Under the pieces are notes generated by a model. That model did not search any database, had not been told where the DNA came from, and was given only the letters and a program-made list of their open reading frames with translations. From the IMG/VR virus record IMGVR_UViG_3300046808_001241, positions 153,183-217,182 of that record: DNA of 64,000 bases. One strand, given 5' to 3'. Shown piece by piece: positions 19,099-29,158 of this stretch (within the stretch, counting starts at the first letter, position 1; each line of letters opens with the position of its first letter). The translations under genes were made by a program, and so were the position numbers.

Positions 19099-20913
19099 TT
19101 AACGACTAACTTCTTCCCAATCCATAGAAGCAAGCATTCCCGAACCATTAACAGTATCCGTAGAAGCAACTAAAGTAATTTCATATGGAGTCTTTGTTAA
19201 ATTGTTTCGTTCTAATTGGAATTTGAATAAAGCCTCTTTAAGAATATCTAAGTTTGGAGAGCCTTGGTTAGAAGCATTCAAGAAGCCACTTGCAAGGATT
19301 CTTCCTCCTGCATAGCTTGTTCCGGTTATATTATACTCAACAGCGCTGTCATCCCCAGCATCAACCCAACTTCCTCCGCTTGTAGCACCGCTAGCTTTTA
19401 TTTGCCAATTATAGTTAATGCCATTTCCTGTTCCAAGAATTGACAGAGCGGTAAGAATAACAATGGCATCTAACCTATCAGGAGTTGTTTTTAACTTAAT
19501 TGAAATAATTGGATAATACGTATTTGTTGCTGCAAATGTTCTTGGTGTAGTAATTGGAATGCTGACTGCTTGTTGCAGACCTCTTAGTTCGTAACCGCCT
19601 TCAGAAATTACTGTGGAGCAGACTTGTTTTAGAGTGCGAGAACCAGACGTTGCACCTTTATTAGTAATTTCATATCTTAAAGGTAAGGAAGCAGTTGTAA
19701 TGTATGTAGAAGCAATTAAATTTGCGTGATGGAATGAATGACAGACAACGAATTGACCATTAATAACAAGGCCACATCTTACCGTTCCGACCCCAAGCCA
19801 TTCAATATCCATCCAAAAGATTTGAGCTTTTGTAATGTCAAGCGTGAGACCAGAAGGGCCGTTTCCGTCAAGTTTGTCCCCATTCCATGCAGAAAGAGGA
19901 ACAATTGTTTCAGAGGAAGGAGAGCCATTAACAAGACTTCTTTCAACAAAGCTAATTGTTCCATCATCCAGCTGAATATAAATTCCATTATCTTGGCCAA
20001 AGTAACCAACTCTTTGTCGAAGATTGGTTGCAGAAGGAGCCATGATAAACGTGTTCATGACTTGTAAAGATTTCCCAGCTTGATAGCTAAAGACTTTTGT
20101 TGTTTCCCGGATGACAGAAGAACCAGACAAGTTACTGACTGTCATGTCAATCAATCCTTGATTTTGGTTGAATGAGGTAGAACCCCCGACTGCAGTTAAA
20201 GAAGACCAAAGATTGTTGTCTCGATACCTGTGAGAAGAATCAAACAAGGTTAGAGGACTGGATGTTCTTAGACGACCAAATGCATCAAAGGTTGGAGAGT
20301 GCGCAAAAGTAACAGGAAACCCAACAGAAGGATCAACGGTTGCAGTAATTGGATTTGTTACATTAACATTTAAAGATGACGTTGCAGAAACAACAGTTAC
20401 ATTATTATTGTTGAGATCTTTTAAAGCAATTGAGTTAAGAACATTAACTCCAGTCGTTGGATTAGTAACGGTAATAGAACCAGAGACTCCAACAGTATTA
20501 GAAATATTAACAGCAGTTACTGGAGCAACTTCAAAGACTCTTAGAGCACTCAGAGTTTTATTGACTGCTGCAAAGTTCCCAGCTTTGTCCCCAATTGTTA
20601 TGTCATCAACAGAAGATTCTAAGTCCTGAGTAAGAACCTTGAGAGCATTTCCTTCTGAACCTCCTAATTGAACGATGGTAGCTCGAATTGTATGATTGAC
20701 TCCATCTGTTAGTTCTACTGCTCCAATGTTAATATCCGAAGCACTTAAAGAGATTGAAAGATCGCTTAAGTTTGTAATATAACCAGCACGAGCAAATAAA
20801 GGTCTATTGGCATCGTTTTCAACAGGAACCCAAGAAAATGTTTCGGCCATTCCAACATTATATGAAGGAGGTTGACCAGGAGTGCCAGTAAGTTTTGGAG
20901 TAAGAGTAGCCAT
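19099..20913 (-). CDS. Large putative virion protein (DAFGRLR family)
   Basis: 604 aa; FDAFGRLRTSSPLTLFDSS motif common in aquatic phage structural regions; GATAAGTA upstream. Confidence 0.7.
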   Translation of the reverse strand: MATLTPKLTGTPGQPPSYNVGMAETFSWVPVENDANRPLFARAGYITNLSDLSISLSASDINIGAVELTDGVNHTIRATIVQLGGSEGNALKVLTQDLESSVDDITIGDKAGNFAAVNKTLSALRVFEVAPVTAVNISNTVGVSGSITVTNPTTGVNVLNSIALKDLNNNNVTVVSATSSLNVNVTNPITATVDPSVGFPVTFAHSPTFDAFGRLRTSSPLTLFDSSHRYRDNNLWSSLTAVGGSTSFNQNQGLIDMTVSNLSGSSVIRETTKVFSYQAGKSLQVMNTFIMAPSATNLRQRVGYFGQDNGIYIQLDDGTISFVERSLVNGSPSSETIVPLSAWNGDKLDGNGPSGLTLDITKAQIFWMDIEWLGVGTVRCGLVINGQFVVCHSFHHANLIASTYITTASLPLRYEITNKGATSGSRTLKQVCSTVISEGGYELRGLQQAVSIPITTPRTFAATNTYYPIISIKLKTTPDRLDAIVILTALSILGTGNGINYNWQIKASGATSGGSWVDAGDDSAVEYNITGTSYAGGRILASGFLNASNQGSPNLDILKEALFKFQLERNNLTKTPYEITLVASTDTVNGSGMLASMDWEEVSR

Positions 20914-20930
20914 TTAGGCTTACTTATCGC

Positions 20931-21137
20931 TTAAACTTCTTTTGCCCAACTGCGCGGAGTCATTTCAAATCCAAGATCTTTAATGGTTTTGTTGGTATTT
21001 CCGCTCAATTCAATTTGATATGTTTCAACTGGAGCTTGGCAAGTGTTTGCAGCAGTTTCGTCAGTATAGACATTGCAAATAGCAAAGTCAAAACCTTTTT
21101 CAGGATCAATATTAATTATGTCGATTCGATGTAGCAT
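20931..21137 (-). CDS. Small hypothetical protein
   Basis: 68 aa with TAAATA 5 nt upstream. Confidence 0.65.
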   Translation of the reverse strand: MLHRIDIINIDPEKGFDFAICNVYTDETAANTCQAPVETYQIELSGNTNKTIKDLGFEMTPRSWAKEV

Positions 21138-21152
21138 AATGTTATTTAGTAT

Positions 21153-22529
21153 TTAAAATTTATTATTAAACGGAGAAGTAACAAAATTCATATCAAGAGA
21201 AACCGTGTCATATGTATTTGTTGGATCGTAGATGCGGGCGGTTGTGCTGTCATGTGGAACGCAAAATACTTTTCCGTTTTGCATGAGTACTGCACCAAAT
21301 CCTGACCCTCCTCCAGTAAAAACTGCACTTGAAGTGATTAAAGTATCCGATACAGGATCGTATATCTTGGCATTTGTTGTAGATGCGTAGGATAAAGGTG
21401 GAATGAACACTTTTCCATTAGGAAGAATAACTCCACCAGCAGCAAACAAACCTCCTGGATATGTTCCGCTTGGTACAGTAGTTGTATCCGTTATAGGATC
21501 ATAAATCCTAGCAGTAGTGTTAGAAGCAGGAACGCAAAAAACTTTTCCGTTAGGTAATAGAACTGCTCCTAGAGAAGAACTGCTTGATGCAAATGTTCCG
21601 CTTGGAGTAGTTAAGGTGTCTGTAACAGGATCATAAATTCTTGCAGTAGGACCATCTTCAGGATTGCAAAATACTCTACCGTCTGAAAGAAGTACTGCTC
21701 CCGAAAAAGAATATGCTGGAAACGTTCCACCCGCAATAGTTGATGAATTTGTTGACGGATTATAAATTACAGATGGTCCAGAAGTACCCATGTGTCTTAG
21801 ACAATAAACTCTACCGTCTGGAAGTAATACTCCTCCATAATAATTATCAGGAAAACTTCCACCAGCAATACTTACGGTATCTGTAGTGGGATTGTATATT
21901 CTAGGACTATTACCTTGATTTGGGATACAAAATACTCTTCCATCTGGAAGCAAAACTCCCCCATTCGAAAAATAACCTCCTGGATACGTTCCGTTCGGAA
22001 CGGTTGTAGTATTGGTTATTGGATCATATATTCTAGCTGTAGTGCTAAAGCAAGGAACACAAAACACTCTTCCGTCTCGCATTAGAACTCCTCCAATAAA
22101 AGCGGACCCACCCGGAAAGGTCCCATTTGGAGTAGTCAATCGATCCCCAACAATCACATCGTTATTCCTAATAGTATCTAACAAGGCAGCTCTATAATTG
22201 ACCCATCCAGACCCAATTTGATTATTTGTAGCGCTTGTTTGAGGAGTTGAGTTCCAAGTTGGAAATGGTCTTGCTCCTCCCCATTGCGTCCCATTGAATG
22301 TCATCATCTGACCAGAAGAAGCTCCAGAAACGCTAACAACTGCTGATAAGACTTTTGAAGTGCTTTGATAAGTCAAATCAATATTAGCAGAATCAACAAT
22401 ATTTAAACTTCCTCCAGTAGCAGATAAGCTTAAAAGGTTTGCAGAAAGTGTTTGGAAAGCTCCATTGAGATATTCAAGAGAGTCCCCAATACATTGATCT
22501 TCAGAAATTGGAATGCCAGCGAGTGTCAT
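21153..22529 (-). CDS. Kelch-like beta-propeller virion protein, paralog 1
   Basis: ~7 repeats GGVLLPDGRVFCVP...ARIYDP; N-terminal CIGDSL anchor. Confidence 0.8.
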   Translation of the reverse strand: MTLAGIPISEDQCIGDSLEYLNGAFQTLSANLLSLSATGGSLNIVDSANIDLTYQSTSKVLSAVVSVSGASSGQMMTFNGTQWGGARPFPTWNSTPQTSATNNQIGSGWVNYRAALLDTIRNNDVIVGDRLTTPNGTFPGGSAFIGGVLMRDGRVFCVPCFSTTARIYDPITNTTTVPNGTYPGGYFSNGGVLLPDGRVFCIPNQGNSPRIYNPTTDTVSIAGGSFPDNYYGGVLLPDGRVYCLRHMGTSGPSVIYNPSTNSSTIAGGTFPAYSFSGAVLLSDGRVFCNPEDGPTARIYDPVTDTLTTPSGTFASSSSSLGAVLLPNGKVFCVPASNTTARIYDPITDTTTVPSGTYPGGLFAAGGVILPNGKVFIPPLSYASTTNAKIYDPVSDTLITSSAVFTGGGSGFGAVLMQNGKVFCVPHDSTTARIYDPTNTYDTVSLDMNFVTSPFNNKF

Positions 22530-22537
22530 GTTAGTAT

Positions 22538-23917
22538 TTATGAGCCAAAGTTTACATATGGACTAGTAACAAAATTCATATCAAGAGAAACTGATTGATA
22601 CGTCGAAGTTGGATCGTAAATTCTTGCTGTAGTACCGTTGTGCACAAACACTTTTCCGTTTTGCATTAAAGTTAATCCACCATATGATACAGAGCTCATT
22701 CCTATATCTACTGAGCGACTCGTATCTGTCAATGGATCGTAAATGTGAGCGCCACCACCAAATCCAACTATTAATACTTTTCCGTTTGGAAGAACACAGG
22801 CATCTCCAGAACCAAAATTAGAGCCCCCACTTGGTGTAGATACTGTATTGGTTATTGGATCATATATTCTTGCTGGAGCTGGGCTTGTATCACTCGCTGT
22901 AGTATAACTAGTGCAAAAAACTTTTCCGTTTGGAAGTAAAACCACCTTTGACGTAAATTGAGGCAGCCCTCCAACGGTTGTAGTCGTTAATGTAGTGACA
23001 GGGTCATATATTCTTGCTGTACCGTCACCTGCAAAAATAGGCACAAATATTTTTCCGTCAGGAAGAAGTGTAGCTGATTGAGCATATGCTCCTCCGGAAA
23101 CGTAGGCATAAATTGGCGTAGCAGGCACGAAAACAGTTCCTGTAACAGGATCCCAAATATGTGCATAGCCACTATAACCCGGAATAGTAAATATTTTTCC
23201 ACTAGGTAAAACTATAGCAACTACTCCTTGACTCGTTAACCCAGACCAAGATCCAGAATTTGTAACTGTTTCGGTTACATAATCCCAAATAGCTGCTTGA
23301 GGAGCTGTATGTGGATTTACAAATACTCTTCCGTCTGGAAGCAAACAAGCTCCAATATATTCCGGACCTCCAAACGTTCCACCTGGAACTGTAATGGCAT
23401 TTGTAGAAGGATTATAAATACGAGCTGTAGTTGTATTTACTGGAGGTAAAAATACTCTTCCGTCTTTAAGTAGAATTCCTCTAGACCATAATCCATTTAT
23501 TGTTCCGCTTGGAGTAGTCAATCTATCCCCAACAATGTCCCTATTATTCCTAATAACATCAGTCAGAGCTCTTTGATAATTTAAAAATCCGCTATTGCCA
23601 ATTTGGTTATTAACAGCGCTTGTTTGAGGAGTTGAGTTCCATGTCGGAAATGATCTTGCTCCAACAAATGCTGACAAAGTGCTGCTATAAGTCATTCTTT
23701 GACCGTCTTGAGCAGTCAGTGCTAAAGTTGCTGTCAAGGTCTTTGTTGAAGAATTATAATCCAAATCAATAGTTGAAGAATCTTTGGCAGACAACGCATT
23801 AAAGCTTGCAGAAACGCTATAAACGTTTGTAGAAAGAGTTTGAAAAGCGCTATTAATATATTGAAGAGAATCGCTTATGCACTGATCTTCTGAAATTGGA
23901 ATGCCATTAAGAACCAT
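22538..23917 (-). CDS. Kelch-like beta-propeller virion protein, paralog 2
   Basis: Same architecture; shared PTWNSTP and LDMNFVTSP segments. Confidence 0.8.
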   Translation of the reverse strand: MVLNGIPISEDQCISDSLQYINSAFQTLSTNVYSVSASFNALSAKDSSTIDLDYNSSTKTLTATLALTAQDGQRMTYSSTLSAFVGARSFPTWNSTPQTSAVNNQIGNSGFLNYQRALTDVIRNNRDIVGDRLTTPSGTINGLWSRGILLKDGRVFLPPVNTTTARIYNPSTNAITVPGGTFGGPEYIGACLLPDGRVFVNPHTAPQAAIWDYVTETVTNSGSWSGLTSQGVVAIVLPSGKIFTIPGYSGYAHIWDPVTGTVFVPATPIYAYVSGGAYAQSATLLPDGKIFVPIFAGDGTARIYDPVTTLTTTTVGGLPQFTSKVVLLPNGKVFCTSYTTASDTSPAPARIYDPITNTVSTPSGGSNFGSGDACVLPNGKVLIVGFGGGAHIYDPLTDTSRSVDIGMSSVSYGGLTLMQNGKVFVHNGTTARIYDPTSTYQSVSLDMNFVTSPYVNFGS

Positions 23918-23921
23918 AATG

Positions 23922-25310
23922 TTAGTATTTATTTACGAATGGGCTTGTTACAAAATTCGTATCAAGAGTAATTGGTTGATAAGAATCTGTTGGATCATAG
24001 ATGCGGGCGGTTGTGCTGTCGCAAGGCACTAAAAACACTTTTCCGTTAGGAAGGAGAACACCTCCAAAAAAAGGAAAACCAAGAGGATAATTCCCACTCG
24101 GCGTAGTCAATGTATCGGTAACAGGATCATATATTTTCGCTGTTGTGTTATTATTATTCGGAATACAAAATACTTTTCCGTTTGGAAGAAGAACTCCTCC
24201 AAAAAAAGATCCAGAATACGTTCCAGCAGGTATTGTCAATGTGTCTGTTACTGGATCATAAATACGAGCGGTTGTAGAGGTATTTGGAACACAAAATACT
24301 TTTCCGTTTGGAAGAAGAACGCCTCCTGCAAAAGCTCCTGCTGTAGGATACGTTCCTGTAGGGGTCGTTAATGTGTCTGTTGCTGGATTGTAAATACGAG
24401 CAGTTGCAGAGTTGTGTGGAACAGAAAAAACTCTACCGTCACCAAGAAGAACGCCTCCTATAAAAGCAAAAGTTCCTGTAGGATATGTTACTGTAGGGAT
24501 CGTTAATGTGTCTGTTGCTGGATTGTAAATACGGGCAGTTGTGGATTGATTAGCTGGAAGACAAAATACTCTACCGTCACCAAGAAGAACACCACCCCTA
24601 AAGGCTCCACCTCCAGGATATGATCCTGTTGGAGTTGATACAGTATTTGTTATTGGATCATAAATACGAGCGGTAGTGCTATAATATGGTACACAAAAAA
24701 CTTTTCCGTTTGGAAGAAGAACGCCTCCTGCAAAGGCATAATTTCCAGGATATGATCCTAATGGAGTTGATACAGTATCTGTTATTGGATCATAAATGCG
24801 AGCGGTTGTAGAGTTGCTCGGTACACAAAATACTTTTCCGTCTGGAAGAATAACTCCTCCTTCAAACGCCTCGCTTCCCGTGTAAGTCCCATTTGGAGTA
24901 GTCAACCTATCTCCACTAATGTCCCTATTATTCCTAATAACATCAGTAAGTGCTCTTTGCCAGTTTGCAAAGCCATTAATAGATGTTCCACTTAATTGCA
25001 AATTTTGAGCACTTGTTGCGGGAGTCGAGTTCCATGTTGGAAAAGGTCTTTGATCAACCCACTTTTGCTGGACTGCATCATAAGTCAAAGTTTCACCAGC
25101 AGAAGCAGGTACAGAAATTGTTGCAGAAAGAACTTTCGATGAGCTGTTATAAAATAGAGCAACTTGGTCATTGCTTAGCACATTTAAATTTGCAGCTCCT
25201 AATGAAATTCCTTTAACATTTGCCGAGAGGGACAAAAAAGCATTGTTGATTGTGTCTAATGAATCTCCAATACAATCATTTTCGGAGATAGGAATGCCGG
25301 ACAAAACCAT
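23922..25310 (-). CDS. Kelch-like beta-propeller virion protein, paralog 3
   Basis: Most regular repeats; near-identical ~129-bp DNA units around 24360-24600. Confidence 0.8.
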   Translation of the reverse strand: MVLSGIPISENDCIGDSLDTINNAFLSLSANVKGISLGAANLNVLSNDQVALFYNSSSKVLSATISVPASAGETLTYDAVQQKWVDQRPFPTWNSTPATSAQNLQLSGTSINGFANWQRALTDVIRNNRDISGDRLTTPNGTYTGSEAFEGGVILPDGKVFCVPSNSTTARIYDPITDTVSTPLGSYPGNYAFAGGVLLPNGKVFCVPYYSTTARIYDPITNTVSTPTGSYPGGGAFRGGVLLGDGRVFCLPANQSTTARIYNPATDTLTIPTVTYPTGTFAFIGGVLLGDGRVFSVPHNSATARIYNPATDTLTTPTGTYPTAGAFAGGVLLPNGKVFCVPNTSTTARIYDPVTDTLTIPAGTYSGSFFGGVLLPNGKVFCIPNNNNTTAKIYDPVTDTLTTPSGNYPLGFPFFGGVLLPNGKVFLVPCDSTTARIYDPTDSYQPITLDTNFVTSPFVNKY

Positions 25311-25318
25311 GTGTATAT

Positions 25319-27307
25319 TTATTGGTTAAAATCCGTTTTCCAACCAAGTACATGAATTGGAATTAACATTTCGTCATTTGTTGCAGCTAGTGAACCTTCT
25401 GCTAAACTATTTCCTGGACGCTTAACAAAGAATCTTACTATTTGACCTTCTTTGTTTCCTTTAAAATCTGTAGAAAGAGATGCAAAAGTTGTATAATTTA
25501 TAATTCCATACTGAGCTGGATAAGCCGAAACTCTAACAACTTCGGTATTTGCAAAATCAAAATTATAATCAGTTCCTTGAGAAACTAATTTACCACCAAA
25601 ATCCCATGAAACACTAGAAAGAGGAACTGTAGAAATACCACCTTCAACATCGCTGATCATTGCAAGATTGTATCTAAAATTGTTATTAACTTTTGAGAAA
25701 TTACCTCCAACAAGAACTGAATTTTGATACTTCGTCAATGAACTATTGATTAAAGAAGGACCGTTCTGAATAGTTGGCTTCCAGTAAACATATTCCCCAG
25801 TTGATGTATCAGAAGTAAAGCTAGTCTTTTTAACAGAGCAGAGATAACTTTGGTGCTCGTCATTAATTCTTGTGAATCTTCCGTAGCAATAGATTTCAGA
25901 ATTCGTGTCTTGATCTTGAGTTACGAAAGAAGTTACAGGACCATTAAACTTTGGTTTCCAAACTGGTTGAATTAACAATGAATTAGTTTGAATCTTATAA
26001 GAGACTGCATTGTAGTAAACTGTCTGTGCTCCATTATCCCTTGGATTTGAGTTAAATTCAGAATCTGTAAAGCATCTGGAAAATTCACCACCAACATAAA
26101 GATAGATTGAACCACCATCAGACGTTGTATCATCCACAGTTAGAGTGTAAACTGGACCATTAATAATTGGCTTCCAAGCAGCAAGTCTAACACCATTTTC
26201 GTCAATACAGCAAAGATTTTGACATGTTAGTGTTGTATTGGTGTTAATTTTAAACTGACCTCCGACAAAAATCTTTGTTCCAGAGTATGCAATAGAATTG
26301 ATCGTACAAGGACCAGAGAAAATTGAAGAAATGTCAGATAACGAAGCTATTGGGTTTGATACAACAGTTGTTAAATCAATTCTGAATAACCCATTGGAAG
26401 TTAATCTAAGTCCAGAAACAACAGAAGCACTTTGTGTTCCATAGTTAACATAGTCAAAAGCTCCTCCAACAAACAAGTAATTTCCAATAATTTGTACAGA
26501 GTTTACAGAGCCGTTAACATAAAATGGATAAGAGACTCCTGTGCTCTTATTATAGAGACAAAGACCTCTTCCTTTAAAGCCTCCTTGGAATGAACCGCCA
26601 ACGATTAAGAAAGTAGAATTAGAAGCAATTGTATCAACAGAACCCAGAGGACCTAAGTCACCTCCAGTTGAGAATGGATTAGAAATATACGAACCAGTAG
26701 CTGATAAAAGAGGCTCCACTGCTCCAGCACTCAAGCTGATGACGCCAAATTTTCTTGAAACCGTTCCTCCAATTTCTAAAAATTCCCCACCAACATAAAG
26801 ATCTGTTCCATCAACAAGTAAACTATTAACTGTATTATCAAACCAGATTGGACCTCTGGAAGAAACGGAAGAAGCACTATTCAAAGCATAGACTGTCATT
26901 CCATCAACTCCGGAAGCAGTCCACAGAAGGGTTACTTGAGGAATTCGATCGGTCAAGCAAATTGTAGAAAATGTTGCAAGAGGCTTTGGATCGGATGTTG
27001 AACTAACATATGGGAACGTCGTAACTTTTACAGAAGTTCCGTCAAGAAGAGAAATTGTAGAAGGAGAAGCAATAGAGGTTGATTCAAAATCCGTTTGCCA
27101 AGTAAAAGAATTCTTAGTAGAGATTTGAACTTCGTGTCTTTGTTGTTCCGTAATAGACTCTTCGATCATCGTTCCCAATCCAGCAATAACAGAAGGAACT
27201 TCACACAAGCCTTGATCAAGAGCAGAAAAATTAGTATTAAATGTTACTAAAGAATCTCCAATGCATTGATTGGCTCCAACTTGTTGTGTAAAATTACAAA
27301 CTGACAT
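25319..27307 (-). CDS. Beta-propeller (delta-60/Rax2-like LYVGGEF repeats) virion protein
   Basis: LYVGGEF/VGGSF repeats; N-terminal CIGDSL..FN.NF. Confidence 0.7.
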   Translation of the reverse strand: MSVCNFTQQVGANQCIGDSLVTFNTNFSALDQGLCEVPSVIAGLGTMIEESITEQQRHEVQISTKNSFTWQTDFESTSIASPSTISLLDGTSVKVTTFPYVSSTSDPKPLATFSTICLTDRIPQVTLLWTASGVDGMTVYALNSASSVSSRGPIWFDNTVNSLLVDGTDLYVGGEFLEIGGTVSRKFGVISLSAGAVEPLLSATGSYISNPFSTGGDLGPLGSVDTIASNSTFLIVGGSFQGGFKGRGLCLYNKSTGVSYPFYVNGSVNSVQIIGNYLFVGGAFDYVNYGTQSASVVSGLRLTSNGLFRIDLTTVVSNPIASLSDISSIFSGPCTINSIAYSGTKIFVGGQFKINTNTTLTCQNLCCIDENGVRLAAWKPIINGPVYTLTVDDTTSDGGSIYLYVGGEFSRCFTDSEFNSNPRDNGAQTVYYNAVSYKIQTNSLLIQPVWKPKFNGPVTSFVTQDQDTNSEIYCYGRFTRINDEHQSYLCSVKKTSFTSDTSTGEYVYWKPTIQNGPSLINSSLTKYQNSVLVGGNFSKVNNNFRYNLAMISDVEGGISTVPLSSVSWDFGGKLVSQGTDYNFDFANTEVVRVSAYPAQYGIINYTTFASLSTDFKGNKEGQIVRFFVKRPGNSLAEGSLAATNDEMLIPIHVLGWKTDFNQ

Positions 27308-27315
27308 GATGTTAT

Positions 27316-27522
27316 TTATTCAACCACTTCTACAACAGAAGCAGGAATCCCTACAAACAACCCACCATATACTGGAAAGTTTGCATTATAGTAAGTGTCT
27401 CCGTCTTGTAAAAAAGTGGCTTTAACTTCTCCAGCTTCTCCGTTTAATGCATCACTAATGTCATCCCATTTTGCGCCAAATTCTGAGACCAGTCCCGTTT
27501 TTTTTATTTTAATTTTAGACAT
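27316..27522 (-). CDS. Small hypothetical protein
   Basis: 68 aa, overlaps stop of upstream gene. Confidence 0.6.
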   Translation of the reverse strand: MSKIKIKKTGLVSEFGAKWDDISDALNGEAGEVKATFLQDGDTYYNANFPVYGGLFVGIPASVVEVVE

Positions 27523-28189
27523 AAAATATATTCATTACCATGCTATTTGCTGCTTGAGCGTTAGTATTGTTGTTGTCAGCAATTCCCGCTACTATTCTAA
27601 ATGAAATTCCATTCTGGAATTTAAAACCAGATGTTGGCCACCTAAGTCCTCCTCCACCTGCAAAGGTTTGGTACCAAAGCGACCAAGCAATTACAAAAAT
27701 AGGAATGTCTGCAGAAGTTGGAGTAGTGGCTTTATCATAAAGTTTCAAATACATCATGGTTCCGTCATTTGAGGGCCATGAATTATAAGTTCCAGCTGAA
27801 AATGACATTTCCCCTATAATTCCAGGCGAAGCTTTAACTACTGTAGCGTTTGTGGTAGCAGCATTAGTGTATCTAAAAATACTTGAATAACCTTCGACAG
27901 CAGGAGAAGAATCTATAACTAATTGCGGAGTATCATAGATTACTTGTAGTTGATCTCCAGAAGAATGAGTGGATGTATCAACTTTAAGAGTTAAGACTTT
28001 TGTTCCGCTGTTCCAACTAAAGTAACCTGTACTAGATTGACCGGTTGCATAAAGAAGCGTTCCTCTTGTTTGATTAAGAACAGCAAGAAGACCAGCTATG
28101 TTAAATCCATTAACAGCGGAAAAGTCAAGAGTTCCAGCGTTTGCTGCACCTGGCGTAAAAGTGGGATTGGTTGATAGTATAGATTTCAT
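27515..28189 (-). CDS. Putative structural protein
   Basis: 224 aa Thr/Ala/Gly-rich; LLAVLNQTRGTLLY N-terminal module. Confidence 0.65.
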   Translation of the reverse strand: MKSILSTNPTFTPGAANAGTLDFSAVNGFNIAGLLAVLNQTRGTLLYATGQSSTGYFSWNSGTKVLTLKVDTSTHSSGDQLQVIYDTPQLVIDSSPAVEGYSSIFRYTNAATTNATVVKASPGIIGEMSFSAGTYNSWPSNDGTMMYLKLYDKATTPTSADIPIFVIAWSLWYQTFAGGGGLRWPTSGFKFQNGISFRIVAGIADNNNTNAQAANSMVMNIFYV

Positions 28190-28197
28190 ATATTAAT

Positions 28198-28434
28198 TTA
28201 TCCAAAAATTAAAGCATAAGGAATGAGAGGAGCTTCTGCAGAAAGAGTCCTTGTGTAAGAATCAAAAGTTAGATCAACTGTTGGACTGTCGACAACATTA
28301 AAAGAATCTACAGCAGTTAATAGCTGACAAACATTATTCCCAAGCACGGAAAAATTCGAGTTGATCTTGGGAAGAGAGTCACCAATACACTCAGTACCTA
28401 AAATTGTTTGAATGGGATTCTGTACACAAGACAT
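28198..28434 (-). CDS. Minimal protein consisting almost only of the CIGDSL anchor module
   Basis: TECIGDSLPKINSNF plus VVDSPTVDLTFDSYTRTLSA, matching the N-termini of the propeller genes. Confidence 0.7.
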   Translation of the reverse strand: MSCVQNPIQTILGTECIGDSLPKINSNFSVLGNNVCQLLTAVDSFNVVDSPTVDLTFDSYTRTLSAEAPLIPYALIFG

Positions 28435-28442
28435 AATAACAA

Positions 28443-28913
28443 TTATTTATCGTCGATTTTCAGAATTTCTTCATTTTCCGGCATTATTAGCTTCTTCATA
28501 ATTTCTTCGCGAGAAGCTACGAGAATGTTGTTGTTAGTGACTTGCTTTGGAGCTTGATTAAGTTGAGCAATTTCTTTTCTTCCTTCAATCCTTACTCGTT
28601 CTAGTTGTTCGTCCCTATCTGCTTTTTTGTCAATTAAATTTGTTTTATTCAAAGCATCTAACATTTGAGCAGTAGAAGCAATGAGTTTGGCTAATGCTTC
28701 AACGTCTTTTGCATCCCCGGAACTTGTTGTAGCTTGAGTCAAATCTTGCACAGCTCCAACACTTGCTTCAATAACAGCTTTGGTCTTGTTTAAAAAATAT
28801 TGTTCCGTATCTTCTTTATTAAGCACTGGATCTGTTTCGAATGCCTTTTTTGTATTTGGTGCAGGCATTTCGAATGAACTTAATTCATCGAGAAGTGTTT
28901 GGATATCGTCCAC
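28443..28913 (-). CDS. Possible terminase small subunit (gp16-like)
   Basis: EALAKLI...D.L helical core and C-terminal VTNNNILVASREEIMKKL resemble T4-like gp16 VTNN..FVGST..L. Confidence 0.5.
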   Translation of the reverse strand: MDDIQTLLDELSSFEMPAPNTKKAFETDPVLNKEDTEQYFLNKTKAVIEASVGAVQDLTQATTSSGDAKDVEALAKLIASTAQMLDALNKTNLIDKKADRDEQLERVRIEGRKEIAQLNQAPKQVTNNNILVASREEIMKKLIMPENEEILKIDDK

Positions 28914-28931
28914 GAATATTATTTAGCACAG

Positions 28932-28959
28932 TTGACTTGTTTTGAAAAGGTTTTATATT
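28932..28959 (+). promoter_or_regulatory. Sigma70-like promoter
   Basis: TTGACT-16-TATATT, ATG 7 nt downstream. Confidence 0.55.
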
Positions 28960-28966
28960 AATTCTG

Positions 28967-29158
28967 ATGCAAATTACTATTCAAACTCGTGCAGGACTAT
29001 TCATTGTCCCAGAACACAAAGAAGCAGAGCTTATTATGTGGCTTCAAACCAACGCCATCAAAGCGGGTCAACAAACGGTATATGAGCAAGGCCAAACAAT
29101 TAGCCAAGGATATACTGGCCGTCAGTTGATTTCGGAGGATCTTGGAAGGGAGTTTTGA
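28967..29158 (+). CDS. Small hypothetical protein
   Basis: 63 aa, overlaps next gene. Confidence 0.7.
   Translation: MQITIQTRAGLFIVPEHKEAELIMWLQTNAIKAGQQTVYEQGQTISQGYTGRQLISEDLGREF

Noticed and set aside
21153-25310. CRISPR array or DGR template/variable repeat
   Set aside because: Repeats are in-frame coding blades; differences are not adenine-specific by eye; no reverse transcriptase or cas gene in the window
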